The notes: generated from the letters alone by a model not told the origin. Shown: positions 18,536 through 28,624, counted from the stretch's first letter. The stretch: 64,000 nucleotides of DNA from Acidobacterium sp. (GCA_027315385.1 DAHUYD010000034.1:7639-71638); one strand, 5' to 3'. Numbers and translations are program-made.

Positions 18536-19273
18536 ATGCACCTTTTTGGGAAAAACCTCTCTTCATGCCCCGTCGCTGCTCGCGGGATCTCCGCCGCGGT
18601 GGGGTTATTCCTGATTTCGTCGTTTTCCATCTCAACAGGCTGCGGTGCGTTCGGTCTGACCTACTCCCTGACCGGCCTCACTGTTCAGCCAGTCGCCAAC
18701 ACGACCTGCATCTATCCAGGAGCCACTGCGCAATACCGGGCTTACGGAACCTACACGGAGGGCGGCCACTCCACCCACATCCACGAAATCACCGATCAGG
18801 TGAACTGGTCTGTGACATTTCCGACGCTCGCCTCCATCAATACATCGGGATTGCTGACGGCCGGAACGGTCGCGGTTGGGACCAGCAATGTGATTGCCAG
18901 CGTCCAGGGTGAGTTGGGGATCCTTCGCGCCACCACAAACATCGCGGTCAGCAACAGCTGCTCAACCACCGCCGTACGGGGCCTCTCTTCGCTGAACATT
19001 GTTCCGGCAACCGCTACGCTGCTGAATGCCGGCGATACCGAGCAGCCTCTCGCCCTCGGTGTTTACCCCGCCGGGCTACGGATCACCGATTTCACTCCTC
19101 GCGTGAGGTGGCAATCAAGCGATACCAGCGTTGCCACTGTGAGCGCGAATGGGATCATACGCGCCACTGGGCCGGGAAAGGCCGTTGTCACGGCGCGTCT
19201 GAGTACTGCCGGCGGCCAGGTGATCGCCGGCTCGCAAACCGTCGTGATCCCGGCTGCGCCGCAGGGCCAGTAG
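18536..19273 (+). CDS. lipoprotein with bacterial Ig-like (Big_2) domains
   Basis: ATG at 18536. Lipobox-like 'SISTGC'. 'RWQSSDTSVATVSANGIIRATGPGKAVVTA' is a typical Big_2 motif. Confidence 0.65.
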   Translation: MHLFGKNLSSCPVAARGISAAVGLFLISSFSISTGCGAFGLTYSLTGLTVQPVANTTCIYPGATAQYRAYGTYTEGGHSTHIHEITDQVNWSVTFPTLASINTSGLLTAGTVAVGTSNVIASVQGELGILRATTNIAVSNSCSTTAVRGLSSLNIVPATATLLNAGDTEQPLALGVYPAGLRITDFTPRVRWQSSDTSVATVSANGIIRATGPGKAVVTARLSTAGGQVIAGSQTVVIPAAPQGQ

Positions 19274-19353
19274 CCTCCGCACCCGATTTTTGGGATCGCA
19301 GGAGCCTCGCCGCCGCGGGGCCTGCTGCCCGTTGTGCCGCGGTTATGCGGCTC

Positions 19354-20664
19354 TTATGCCGGCTCCGGAATCACGTGCAGCTTCCCCAGCAGCAGCGCAT
19401 ATCCGGCGATTCCGACTGCGAGCACCACGGCGGCTACGGCGAATCCGGCGCCGAAGTCGTGCGCGTGCGCAAAGAAGCCCATGGCGATGGGCGCGGAAAT
19501 TGCCGCGATCTGCGTGGCAAAGTTCATGATGCCGCTTACACGTCCTACACTTTCGCGGGGTGCGATCAGCGAGGGCACCGACCACCCGACAGGCGCCATC
19601 GCGCCCAGCCCCGCCAGGCACACGCTGATCCATGCGACCGCGCTCCACGGGGTATGCGCGAATCTCGCCCCATAGATTCCCATGCCAAAGCCCAGGCCGC
19701 CCACCAGCACCGCCTGGCGTACCAGCCACGGCCGGCTGACGCGGCGCACCAGCGCATCCACCATCCAGCCGCCGATGAACAGGTCGGCGAAGGTGGCCAC
19801 CAGCCACGGTACCGCCGTGTAGAGCGCTGAATCCACCAGTCGAATGTGCATCGCGATCATGAGATAGGCCGGCAGCCAGGTAAGCACCAGATAGAAGACG
19901 TAGTTATACGCGGCAAAGCCGATGGTAGCGCCCAGCATCTGCGGCTGGCGCAGCAGGTACAGCAACGGCGCGCCGTGAGCATGCCGTGCCGGCGCGGACT
20001 CCGGCTGAGCGTGGCCCTCCTCCATCCGCCGCCGCTCGGCTGCGCTGAGGCGCGGATCCTCGCTGGGATTGCGGTAAACCCGCCAGAAGAGCAGGAAGTA
20101 CAGGAAGCTGACAAAGCCGGTCAAGATGAAGCTCCAGCGCCAGCCCAGCCACAGGACCAGCAGCCCGAGGATTGGAACGCCAATGGCCGACGCGAATTTC
20201 GCCGCCGCATCGTTGAACGAGGTGGAGAAGCTGCGCTCGTCCTCAGGAAACCAGTATCCGATAGCTTTGGAGTTAGCTGGAAACGTCGGCGCCTCACCCA
20301 CCCCAAGCAGCAGTCGCGCCGCAAAGAAGCTCCACACTCCGGTGGCGAGCCCCGACGCGAACGAGGCGATACTCCAGATAAGCGTGGCCACGCGGCCGAC
20401 CCTGCGCACGCCCCAGCGGTCGAGCATTACGCCGACAGGAATCTGCAGAACAGCGTAGCTCCAGTTATACGCGGACGACAGAAACCCAAATGCAACGGCC
20501 GTGATGCCCCATTGGGAATGCAGCGCGCCGAACGCAACCGAGACGTTGACGCGATCGAAAAAGTTGATGAGCACGCCGATGCCCAGCAGCACAGCGATGC
20601 GCCATCGGCGGTGCGGAGCATGCTTCTGTGTCTCGTCGGCCGATGCGTGCATGGCTCTTCGCAT
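19354..20664 (-). CDS. MFS transporter (anion:cation symporter/ACS-like)
   Basis: 436 aa with 12 helices. 'FFDRVNVSVA' and 'LDRWGVRRV' loop motifs. Confidence 0.75.
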   Translation of the reverse strand: MRRAMHASADETQKHAPHRRWRIAVLLGIGVLINFFDRVNVSVAFGALHSQWGITAVAFGFLSSAYNWSYAVLQIPVGVMLDRWGVRRVGRVATLIWSIASFASGLATGVWSFFAARLLLGVGEAPTFPANSKAIGYWFPEDERSFSTSFNDAAAKFASAIGVPILGLLVLWLGWRWSFILTGFVSFLYFLLFWRVYRNPSEDPRLSAAERRRMEEGHAQPESAPARHAHGAPLLYLLRQPQMLGATIGFAAYNYVFYLVLTWLPAYLMIAMHIRLVDSALYTAVPWLVATFADLFIGGWMVDALVRRVSRPWLVRQAVLVGGLGFGMGIYGARFAHTPWSAVAWISVCLAGLGAMAPVGWSVPSLIAPRESVGRVSGIMNFATQIAAISAPIAMGFFAHAHDFGAGFAVAAVVLAVGIAGYALLLGKLHVIPEPA

Positions 20665-20698
20665 TGTAGGCGAGTGAGCGGCCGCCGTCGGCGAGATC

Positions 20699-23600
20699 CT
20701 ACTCGAGCGCCTGCACCATGCCGCGGCCCAGCAGCAGTTCGGCCTTCTCCATGAATGCGCGATCGGCCGCGACGGCCATGCCCGCCGGCTCCATCACCAC
20801 GCAGTATTGTCCGCTCTGCTCCACGTTGAGCATCAGCCGCCCGGGCCCCGGAGCGGATACGACGAGATCGCGCAGTTCCGTCAGGGTGGTGTCGCTCACG
20901 AGGTCCAGCGGGATACGCAGGCGCACGTTGCCGGGCAGGCGCACCTTCACGTCTTCCAGCGCCTGGATCGCGGAGACGGCAAGCTTGGGAGCCGCCTCTT
21001 CTTCGGCCCGCAACTGGCCGCGGAGCAGCACCGGCACTTCAATACGCAGGGACTCGGCCATCCGCTCGTAGTCTCGCGGAAAACAGATCAGATCGATCTT
21101 GCCGGTCGCATCTTCGAGCGCCGCCTGGGCGTAAAGTTCGCCGGTGCGCTTAGATTTGGCGACCTTCAGCCCCACGATGACGCCTGCCACCGAAATTTCA
21201 TTCTCCGGCGCCTGGCCCCGCCGCCCGCTGGAAGGCGCGGGCTTCATCTCCAGCGCTGTCGCCACGTCCACCACGGCAGGTAAATTGCGCAGCTTCTCGG
21301 CGTATTTATCCAGCGGATGCCCGGAAACAAAAAATCCGAGGACTTCCTTCTCCATCTGCAGCCGCTGGCTGTCGTCCATCTCGGGCACATTGGGCAGGTC
21401 GTCGTGTTTTGCGCCGTCGGCCGGAGCGTTGAAGATCCCAAACAGCCCCGCCTGACCCGCTTCGCGGTCTCGCTGCGTCTTCTGCGCCCGCTCCATGAAT
21501 TTGTCGACGGCGGCGAGCAACTGCGAGCGGCGGCCGAACGAATCGAGAGCGCCCGCCTTGATCAGCGATTCGATCACGCGCTTGTTCAGCAGGCGCAGGT
21601 CGATCTTCTCGCAGAATTCCTGGAATCCGCTGAAGCTGCCGCTCTCTTTCGCCAGGCTGTTGCGGACCGCCAGAATCGAGTCGATCGCGTTGCGCCCCAC
21701 ATTCTTGATCGCCGTCAGCCCAAAGCGGATCTTGTCTCCGTGCGGCGTGAAGTCCGCATCCGAGAACCGCACATCCGGCGGCTCCACGGGAATCTCCATC
21801 TCCCGGCACTCCTTAATGTACTTGACCACGTTCTCGGGCTTGGAGATTTCCGACGTCAGCAGCGCCGACATGAATTCCACCGGATAGTGCGTCTTCAGAT
21901 ACGCGGTGTGATACGCCACCAGCGCATAAGCCGCCGAGTGCGACTTGTTGAAACCGTAGCCGGAGAATTTCTCCATCCGATCGAAGATTTCCGTGACCGC
22001 CGCTTTTGGATGCCCAAGCGCCGCGGCGCCGCTTACAAAGCGGTCCCGCTGTTTGGCCATGGCTTCGGGATCTTTCTTGCCCATCGCCCGCCGCAGCAGG
22101 TCCGCCTCGCCCAGCGAATAGCTGGCGAGAACGTTGGCGATCCGCATCACCTGTTCCTGATACACGATCACGCCATAGGAGTCCTTAAGAATTCCCTCCA
22201 GCTCCGGAACCAGAAATTCGACTTTGCGCCGCCCCCACTTGCGCTCGATGAAATCGTCGATCATGTCCATGGGGCCGGGGCGGTAGAGCGCGTTCAGGGC
22301 AGTCAGATCTTCGACGGTGTCGGGCTTGTAGCGCCGCAGAATATCCCGCATTCCCGGCGATTCAAACTGGAAGACGCCGGACGTGAGCGCAGTGTGAAAC
22401 ACGCGTTTCATCGTCTCCGGATCGTCCGGTGGAACGGATTCGATATCAAGCATTTCCCCGCGCGTCTGCTCGATCAGCTTCAGGCAATCGGCGATCACCG
22501 TCAGGGTGGCCAGGCCGAGGAAATCCATCTTGAGCAGCCCCATTTTTTCAACGGCCTTCATGTCGTAGGCCGTCACGATTTCCTCGTTCCGGGTACGGTT
22601 GAGAGGCACCAATTCTGTCAGCGGCCGCGGTGCAATCACCACGGCGGACGCGTGCACGCCGGCTCCGCGTACCAACCCTTCCAGCTTCTTCGCCGTGTCG
22701 ATCAGCTCCCGAATCTGCGGCGTGTCTTCATACGCTTCCTGCAGCGGCGGCGAGTCCTTCAGCGCCTGATCGATGGTGATTCCGATTGTCCCCGGCACCA
22801 GCTTGGCAATCCGGTCCACGTCCCCATAAGGCATATCCAGCGCGCGGCCTACATCCTTGATCGCCGCCTTGGCCGCCATGGTGTTGAAGGTGATGATCTG
22901 CGCTACCTGCTCTCGCCCGTATTTACGCGTGACATACTCGATGACCTCCCCGCGGCGAATCTGGCAAAAATCCACGTCGATATCGGGCATGGTCACGCGT
23001 TCCGGATTCAAAAACCGCTCGAAAAGCAGCACGTTCTGCATGGGATCGATGTTCGTGATCTCCATGGCGTAAGCCACCAGCGAGCCGGTTGCGGAGCCTC
23101 TGCCCGGCCCGACCGGAATGCCGTGATCGCGCGCGTACTTGATGAAATCCCACACGATGAGGAAGTACCCGGAGTACTTCATCTGCTTGATGATGCCGAT
23201 CTCAAAATTCAGCCGCGATTCGTATTCGTGAACCGGCGTGCGCAGGATCCCCCGAAGTTCTAAATTGCGGACCGCGGTGTCGAGGCGCTTCTTCAGCCCC
23301 TGCCGGCAGACTTCCTCGAAATAACTGTCGATGGTGTGGCCCGGCGGGACGGCAAATTCAGGAAACGGATTGTCGACTTTGTTCAGCCTGAAGTGGCAGC
23401 GCTCCGCAAATTGCATCGTGCGGCTCACCACTTCCGGCGCGTGGGAGAAGAGCTTCTCCATCTCCGTGGCCGTCTTCACGTAGAACTGGTCGGAATCGAA
23501 CTTAAACCGCTTCGGATCGTTGATCGATCCGGCCGTCTGCACGCACAGCAGCACCTCATGCGCGTGCGCGTCGTCCCCGCAGAGATAGTGGCTGTCGTTG

Positions 23601-24208
23601 GTCGCCACAAGCGGAATGCCGAGTTCCTTCTCCAGCCGAAACAGGTCCGCGTGGATTCGCTTTTCCTCGGTCAGACCCTGATCCTGAATCTCCAGAAAGA
23701 AATTCCCGCTCCCGAAGATGTCCTGATACTGCCCCGCCGTGGCTTTCGCGGCGTCGTACCTGCCGGCCATCAGGTTCTCGCACAGTTCTCCAGCCAGGCA
23801 ACCGGAAAATCCAATGAGCCCTTTCGCATGCTCCGCCAGATATTTTTTGCTCACCCGGGGCTTCTTGTAAAAGCCGTGCAGCGATGCCTCCGACGTGATG
23901 CGGACCAGGTTCCGGTATCCTTCCTCGCTCTCAGCCAGCACCAGCAGGTGGTTGTAGTCGTCGCCCTGAGGGTCCTCGCGGTGGTCGTCCTTCCTGCAGA
24001 TGTACAGTTCGCAGCCGAGAATCGGATGCACTCCGTGCTTCTTCGCAGCATCGAAAAAGTGGACCGCGCCGTAAATATTACCGTGATCGGTGATCGCGAC
24101 TGCCTTCTGTCCGATCGCGGCGACCCGCTGGGCGAGCTTCTCCACGTCGCAGGCGCCATCCAGCAGGGAATAATCCGTGTGCAGATGCAGGTGGGTGAAT
24201 TCAGCCAT
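20699..24208 (-). CDS. dnaE: DNA polymerase III alpha subunit
   Basis: 1169 aa. PHP N-terminus 'FTHLHLHTDYSLLDGA', then polymerase core and OB-fold regions. No intein-sized insertion. Confidence 0.97.
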   Translation of the reverse strand: MAEFTHLHLHTDYSLLDGACDVEKLAQRVAAIGQKAVAITDHGNIYGAVHFFDAAKKHGVHPILGCELYICRKDDHREDPQGDDYNHLLVLAESEEGYRNLVRITSEASLHGFYKKPRVSKKYLAEHAKGLIGFSGCLAGELCENLMAGRYDAAKATAGQYQDIFGSGNFFLEIQDQGLTEEKRIHADLFRLEKELGIPLVATNDSHYLCGDDAHAHEVLLCVQTAGSINDPKRFKFDSDQFYVKTATEMEKLFSHAPEVVSRTMQFAERCHFRLNKVDNPFPEFAVPPGHTIDSYFEEVCRQGLKKRLDTAVRNLELRGILRTPVHEYESRLNFEIGIIKQMKYSGYFLIVWDFIKYARDHGIPVGPGRGSATGSLVAYAMEITNIDPMQNVLLFERFLNPERVTMPDIDVDFCQIRRGEVIEYVTRKYGREQVAQIITFNTMAAKAAIKDVGRALDMPYGDVDRIAKLVPGTIGITIDQALKDSPPLQEAYEDTPQIRELIDTAKKLEGLVRGAGVHASAVVIAPRPLTELVPLNRTRNEEIVTAYDMKAVEKMGLLKMDFLGLATLTVIADCLKLIEQTRGEMLDIESVPPDDPETMKRVFHTALTSGVFQFESPGMRDILRRYKPDTVEDLTALNALYRPGPMDMIDDFIERKWGRRKVEFLVPELEGILKDSYGVIVYQEQVMRIANVLASYSLGEADLLRRAMGKKDPEAMAKQRDRFVSGAAALGHPKAAVTEIFDRMEKFSGYGFNKSHSAAYALVAYHTAYLKTHYPVEFMSALLTSEISKPENVVKYIKECREMEIPVEPPDVRFSDADFTPHGDKIRFGLTAIKNVGRNAIDSILAVRNSLAKESGSFSGFQEFCEKIDLRLLNKRVIESLIKAGALDSFGRRSQLLAAVDKFMERAQKTQRDREAGQAGLFGIFNAPADGAKHDDLPNVPEMDDSQRLQMEKEVLGFFVSGHPLDKYAEKLRNLPAVVDVATALEMKPAPSSGRRGQAPENEISVAGVIVGLKVAKSKRTGELYAQAALEDATGKIDLICFPRDYERMAESLRIEVPVLLRGQLRAEEEAAPKLAVSAIQALEDVKVRLPGNVRLRIPLDLVSDTTLTELRDLVVSAPGPGRLMLNVEQSGQYCVVMEPAGMAVAADRAFMEKAELLLGRGMVQALE

Positions 24209-24327
24209 GGCTATGGCTCTATTCTAGGTCTCCTGTGGCGGCCCGCAGACCCGCACTTAGACCAGCGCGGATGAGGAAAATCGGGTACGAAACCGCTCGA
24301 CAGTAATCCCTGTACCGGAACCCCGCT

Positions 24328-25248
24328 TTACCGCGGCATATCCCGGTGGGCCGTCTTGATGCGATACCCGTGCCGCGCCAGCCGCCTTGCGACCTCTTCT
24401 GCGATCATCACCGACCGATGCTGGCCGCCAGTGCAGCCGAAGCCCAGCGTCAGGTAACTCTTACCCTCGCGGATATAGTGCGGAAGCAGGAACAGCAGCA
24501 AGTCCGTGACGCGGTCGAGGAATTCGCGGCTCTGCGGAAAGCCGAGAATGTAGCTTTCCACTTTCGGATCGCAGCCGGTCAGGTTGCGGAACTCCGGCAC
24601 GAAGTGCGGATTGGGCAAAAAACGCACGTCGAAAACCAGATCGGCATCCAGCGGCACTCCTTTCTTATAGCCGAAGCTAACCGAGGAGATGAGCAAGCTC
24701 TTGCCGTCGCTCTCGCGGACAAACTTGCTCTGGATATAGCCGCGCAGCTCATGGACGTTGAACTTCGTCGTCTCGATAACGATATCGGCTACCTTGCGGA
24801 TCGGTTCCAGCAGGCGCCGTTCCTCACCGAGCGCGCGGGTCACACTCTCCTCGCGACCCAGAGGATGCGGGCGCCGCGTTTCAGAATAGCGCGCGAGAAG
24901 CGCGGCTCTGGAGGCTTCGAGAAAAACTACCGTGGTAGGGAGCAAGCGCCGTATCTTGCCCAGCAGGGCCGGAAACTGCTCCAGGCTTTGGCCCTCCCGC
25001 ACGTCAACCACAAGCGCGGCCCGGCGAATGTCGCGCGAATGCTCCACCAGTTCCGCAAAGTGCTGGATGAGCGCGACCGGCATATTGTCGACAGCGTAAT
25101 AACCCAGGTCTTCGAAAGCCTTCAGCGCCGAAGCCTTGCCCGAGCCGGACAGGCCGGTCAGAATGACCAGCTCACGCTGCACGGCGGGCGCCGCACGAAC
25201 GGCCGGCTTTCGAGGTTTAGGAGCGGCGCGCTTGCGGCTCGCGGGCAT
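24328..25248 (-). CDS. rapZ: RNase adapter / P-loop NTPase RapZ (YvcJ family)
   Basis: 'ILTGLSGSGKASALKAFEDLGYYAVDNMP' and C-terminal 'GCTGGQHRSV'. Confidence 0.9.
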   Translation of the reverse strand: MPASRKRAAPKPRKPAVRAAPAVQRELVILTGLSGSGKASALKAFEDLGYYAVDNMPVALIQHFAELVEHSRDIRRAALVVDVREGQSLEQFPALLGKIRRLLPTTVVFLEASRAALLARYSETRRPHPLGREESVTRALGEERRLLEPIRKVADIVIETTKFNVHELRGYIQSKFVRESDGKSLLISSVSFGYKKGVPLDADLVFDVRFLPNPHFVPEFRNLTGCDPKVESYILGFPQSREFLDRVTDLLLFLLPHYIREGKSYLTLGFGCTGGQHRSVMIAEEVARRLARHGYRIKTAHRDMPR

Positions 25249-25305
25249 GGCTCATCGTAGCATTCGCATTCGCCGCTGCGAATCGCCTGTTTGCCGCTGG
25301 ACCGG

Positions 25306-26418
25306 TCAGGCGGCCGAACGCAGCGCCCGTTGCAGCGCTGAGCACACGTGCCTGATTTGATCGTCGGCGATGCGGTTGAAAAAAGGCAGAGCCAGGGCGC
25401 GCTCCGCGGCGGCCTCCGTGTTCGCCAGCGGCTTCAAGCCGCGCCAGGCGGAGAATGCGGGTTGCAGATGAATGGGCGCGAAGTAACGGCCTGTCGCCAC
25501 ACCGGATTCAGCCATCGCGCTCATGACGCGGTCGCGGTCCGCCGCCACCAGCCGCACCACATACACAAACCAGCTCAGCCGCTGACCCGGAATCTCAAGC
25601 GTGGGCAATTGCAGGCTCGGATCGCCGCGCAGCAGTTCCGCATAGCGCCGTGCGATCGCCTCGCGTCGCGCCAGGATCTCGTCAATTCGGCGGAGCTGCG
25701 CCGCCCCCAGAGCCGCCTGCATTTCAGTCATGCGATAGTTGTAGCCCAGCTCTTCCTGATCGAGCCATCCGCCACCGGATTCGTTCCGGCCATGGTTGCG
25801 CAGCGCGCGCATTCGCCTGGCGGCTTCGGGATGCGGCGTGACGACCATGCCGCCCTCCCCTGCCGTGATCTGCTTGTTCGGGTAGAAACCGAAAACCGCG
25901 GCATCGCCATAGCTGCCCGTGCGCCGCCCGCCGATCTCCGCCCCGATGGCTTCGCAGGCATCTTCAACGAGCACGAGCCGATGGCGCTCCGCGATCTCCA
26001 GCAGCGCCGGGAGATCGACAGGCCGGCCGAAGGTGTGGACGGCAACAATGGCCCGGGTACGCAGCGTGACCGCCGCCTCCACCGCGTTCGGCGAGATATT
26101 AAGCGACTCGGCGCCCACGTCCGCAAAGACGGGAGATGCACCCACATACCGAACCGCGCTGGCCACCGCGACAAAGGTGAACGAAGGTACGATCACCTCG
26201 TCGCCCAGTCCGATTCCCAGCGCCACCAGCGCCAGGTGCAGCGCCGCCGTTCCGGAACTGACCGCGATGGCATGAGGCACTCCGATATACGAGGCCATGG
26301 CGGCTTCGAACCGCTCGGCCTGCGGACCGCGGCTTAGCTGCGAGGTCCGCAGAACTCCGGCTACCGCCGCGATGTCTTCTTCCGTGATGTCGGGAGCCGA
26401 GAGGGGGATCTCGATCAT
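25306..26418 (-). CDS. DegT/DnrJ/EryC1/StrS-family PLP-dependent sugar aminotransferase
   Basis: ATG at 26418 (MIEIPLSAPDITEEDI) overlaps the upstream stop (ATGA). 'AVSSGTAALHLAL' and 'FGFYPNKQITAGEGGMVV' are present. Confidence 0.8.
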   Translation of the reverse strand: MIEIPLSAPDITEEDIAAVAGVLRTSQLSRGPQAERFEAAMASYIGVPHAIAVSSGTAALHLALVALGIGLGDEVIVPSFTFVAVASAVRYVGASPVFADVGAESLNISPNAVEAAVTLRTRAIVAVHTFGRPVDLPALLEIAERHRLVLVEDACEAIGAEIGGRRTGSYGDAAVFGFYPNKQITAGEGGMVVTPHPEAARRMRALRNHGRNESGGGWLDQEELGYNYRMTEMQAALGAAQLRRIDEILARREAIARRYAELLRGDPSLQLPTLEIPGQRLSWFVYVVRLVAADRDRVMSAMAESGVATGRYFAPIHLQPAFSAWRGLKPLANTEAAAERALALPFFNRIADDQIRHVCSALQRALRSAA

Positions 26419-27593
26419 GAGGGAATCTCCGCGTGGATAGGTACAGACCGCTTGATCAGCAGAGCCGGCCCGAGCGGAACCGAGGCGAGCACACCCGCGA
26501 TACACTCCGCCGCGCGGCCATCGCCGTATGGATTGGCCATGCCGGCCAGCGAGGCGCGAAACACCGGACTGCGAGCTTCCGCCACACGCGCCAGAATACT
26601 CGCTGCGGTCGCCTCGGCGTCGAGAACATTGCGGGCGCGCTCGCGTCCGCGCTGCCGGGAACCGATGTTCACCGTGGGCACCGCGAACGAAGCTGTCTCC
26701 ATGATGCCGCTGGAGGAGTTGCCGATCATGACCTCGACGCAGCGCAACAGGCTCCAGTATGTGACCGCGTCTAAGTTGACGAATACTCGTCCGCTCGGAT
26801 GCCGCGCCACAAATGCGCGGGTCCGCTCGATGAGACTCCGGCTTCCCGCATCGGCATTGGGAAAGCAGAAAAAGATGGGCGCGCTTGCCGCCAGCTGTTC
26901 GAGAGCCTCAAACAGCGCCGCGGCCTCTGCCGTCGTGTCCTGCTCCAGCGTAACCGGGTGGCACGCGACCAGCAACGGCGGCGTACTCAGATCCAGCCCG
27001 CAGCGGGTTTCCACTTCGCTGCGACTCAACAGCCGGCTCCGGCGCAGATGATCGAGTGAAGGCGCGCCGGCGCGATGCACCCTCCACGGCTCTTCGCCCA
27101 TGGCGATCACGCGCGCCCGGGCCGCCTCGGTCGACGTGAAGTGGATGTGACCCATCTTCGTCAGCGCGTTGCGCACCGCATCGTCGATCGCGCCCTCGCT
27201 GATCTCTCCGCCCTCGATGTGGGCGATGGGAATCCGCAGGGAAAGCGCCACCGCCGCGGGGGCCAGCATTTCGTAGCGGTCCGCAATCAGCAGCAGCAGA
27301 TCGGGGCGCATCGCTCCCAGCACATCGGCCAGCGAGAGCACGGCGGTCCCGATGCTTTTCGCCATCCCCACGTCGCTGTCGGAACTGAGCAGGGATTCGA
27401 TCCGTGCAGCCAGAGTGAATCCATCCTTCTCGATCTCGCGGATCGTCATCCCGAACTCCGGAGAGAGGTGCGAAGCCATCGCAATCAGGCGCAGATCAAT
27501 GTCAGGCTGTTCCAAAAGCAGCCGCAATGGCCAGTAAAGATGGCTGTAATCGGCACGCGATGTCGTTACAACGGCGATGCGGCGCTTCGTCAC
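26415..27593 (-). CDS. UDP-N-acetylglucosamine 2-epimerase, hydrolysing type (NeuC/LegG-like)
   Basis: 392 aa. 'IAVVTTSRADYSHLYWPL...IAMASHLSPEFGMTIREIEKDGF' resembles NeuC-type epimerases. GTG start overlaps the upstream stop (GTGA). Confidence 0.7.
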   Translation of the reverse strand: MTKRRIAVVTTSRADYSHLYWPLRLLLEQPDIDLRLIAMASHLSPEFGMTIREIEKDGFTLAARIESLLSSDSDVGMAKSIGTAVLSLADVLGAMRPDLLLLIADRYEMLAPAAVALSLRIPIAHIEGGEISEGAIDDAVRNALTKMGHIHFTSTEAARARVIAMGEEPWRVHRAGAPSLDHLRRSRLLSRSEVETRCGLDLSTPPLLVACHPVTLEQDTTAEAAALFEALEQLAASAPIFFCFPNADAGSRSLIERTRAFVARHPSGRVFVNLDAVTYWSLLRCVEVMIGNSSSGIMETASFAVPTVNIGSRQRGRERARNVLDAEATAASILARVAEARSPVFRASLAGMANPYGDGRAAECIAGVLASVPLGPALLIKRSVPIHAEIPS

Positions 27594-28624
27594 GGCCGAG
27601 CCATTTCGGCGAGAGATTCGCGCAGCAGCGCGCTCGGCTGATAGTCCGGTACCAGATCAAAGACAATTCGCTGCACCTTCACCGGATCGCGCGCGGCAAT
27701 CGCTGATTCCAATTCGCACATGCGCGCTTCCAGATTCCGCGGCACAGGGCTGTCGACGCGGCGCAGGCCCACCGTCGCCGGACCGCCATCACGCTCGTTC
27801 TCTCTCATCAGCGACTCATCCAGCTTGTCGCCGGGGCGGAGCCCGGTGAACTCCATGGGCACGGTCCGCCCGGCCGCCTTCATCATGCGCTCTGCCAGGT
27901 CCACGATGCACAACGCTTCGCCGGGATCGGGAACCAGCACGCCTTCGGCCGCATCGCTGTCCATCGCCTCCGCCAGCAGGACCGCGACATCGGCGAGGGT
28001 CATAAAGTACCGCTTCGCGCCGGGATGCGTCAGGGTGACCGGCCCTCCGCTCGCAATCTGCTCTTCGAACAGCGGCCCCACGCTGCACGGCGAGCCGATC
28101 ACATTCACCAGACGCACTGCGGCGCAACGCATCCCGCCGGTATCGGCCTGGGCCAGCAGCGTCAGCTCCGCCACGCGTTTGGCCGCGCCCATGATGCTGT
28201 GGGGCGCGACGGCCTTATCCGTCGAAACCAGAATCATGGCGCTCGCTCCATGCTTCTGCGCGGCATGCGCCTGGCGCCAGGCGCCAAGAGCGTTGGTTTC
28301 CAGGGCAGCCAGTGGATTCCGCTCCATCAGCGGCACATGCTTCAGCGCCGCCGCATGCAGCACCAGCTCGGGCCGATACTCCTCGAACAGCCAGCCCAGC
28401 AAGCCGGCGTTGCTCGCGCTGCCCAGCACCGGCACGCAACGATCGCCGTACCCCTCCGCCGTCAGCTCGGCATGAATGCGGAAGAGTGGCTGCTCGGAGA
28501 TGTCGAGCAGAACGATTCGCCCCGCGCCGCCGGCAGCGAGCACGCGAACCATCTCCGCGCCGATGAATCCGCCAGCGCCCGTAACCAGCACACACCGGCC
28601 TGCAGCGCGAGCAACGGAAGGCAC
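27590..28624 (-). CDS. NDP-sugar 4,6-dehydratase, CapD/PglF/PseB family (short soluble form)
   Basis: 'VLVTGAGGFIGAEMV', 'LHAAALKHVPLMERNP' and 'STDKAV'. The 459-aa track ORF overlaps the divergent amidase start, so I placed the start at GTG 28624. GTG 28591 is also possible. Confidence 0.7.
   Translation of the reverse strand: MPSVARAAGRCVLVTGAGGFIGAEMVRVLAAGGAGRIVLLDISEQPLFRIHAELTAEGYGDRCVPVLGSASNAGLLGWLFEEYRPELVLHAAALKHVPLMERNPLAALETNALGAWRQAHAAQKHGASAMILVSTDKAVAPHSIMGAAKRVAELTLLAQADTGGMRCAAVRLVNVIGSPCSVGPLFEEQIASGGPVTLTHPGAKRYFMTLADVAVLLAEAMDSDAAEGVLVPDPGEALCIVDLAERMMKAAGRTVPMEFTGLRPGDKLDESLMRENERDGGPATVGLRRVDSPVPRNLEARMCELESAIAARDPVKVQRIVFDLVPDYQPSALLRESLAEMARP

Noticed and set aside
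18199-18630. 143-aa minus-strand ORF in the receptor/lipoprotein intergenic region
   Set aside because: Its composition is not protein-like. It spans the terminator hairpin and overlaps the lipoprotein gene start.
21317-23263. 648-aa ORF antisense to dnaE
   Set aside because: It is a low-complexity Arg/His/Leu-rich translation lying entirely within an unmistakable dnaE reading frame. It is a shadow ORF of a high-GC gene.
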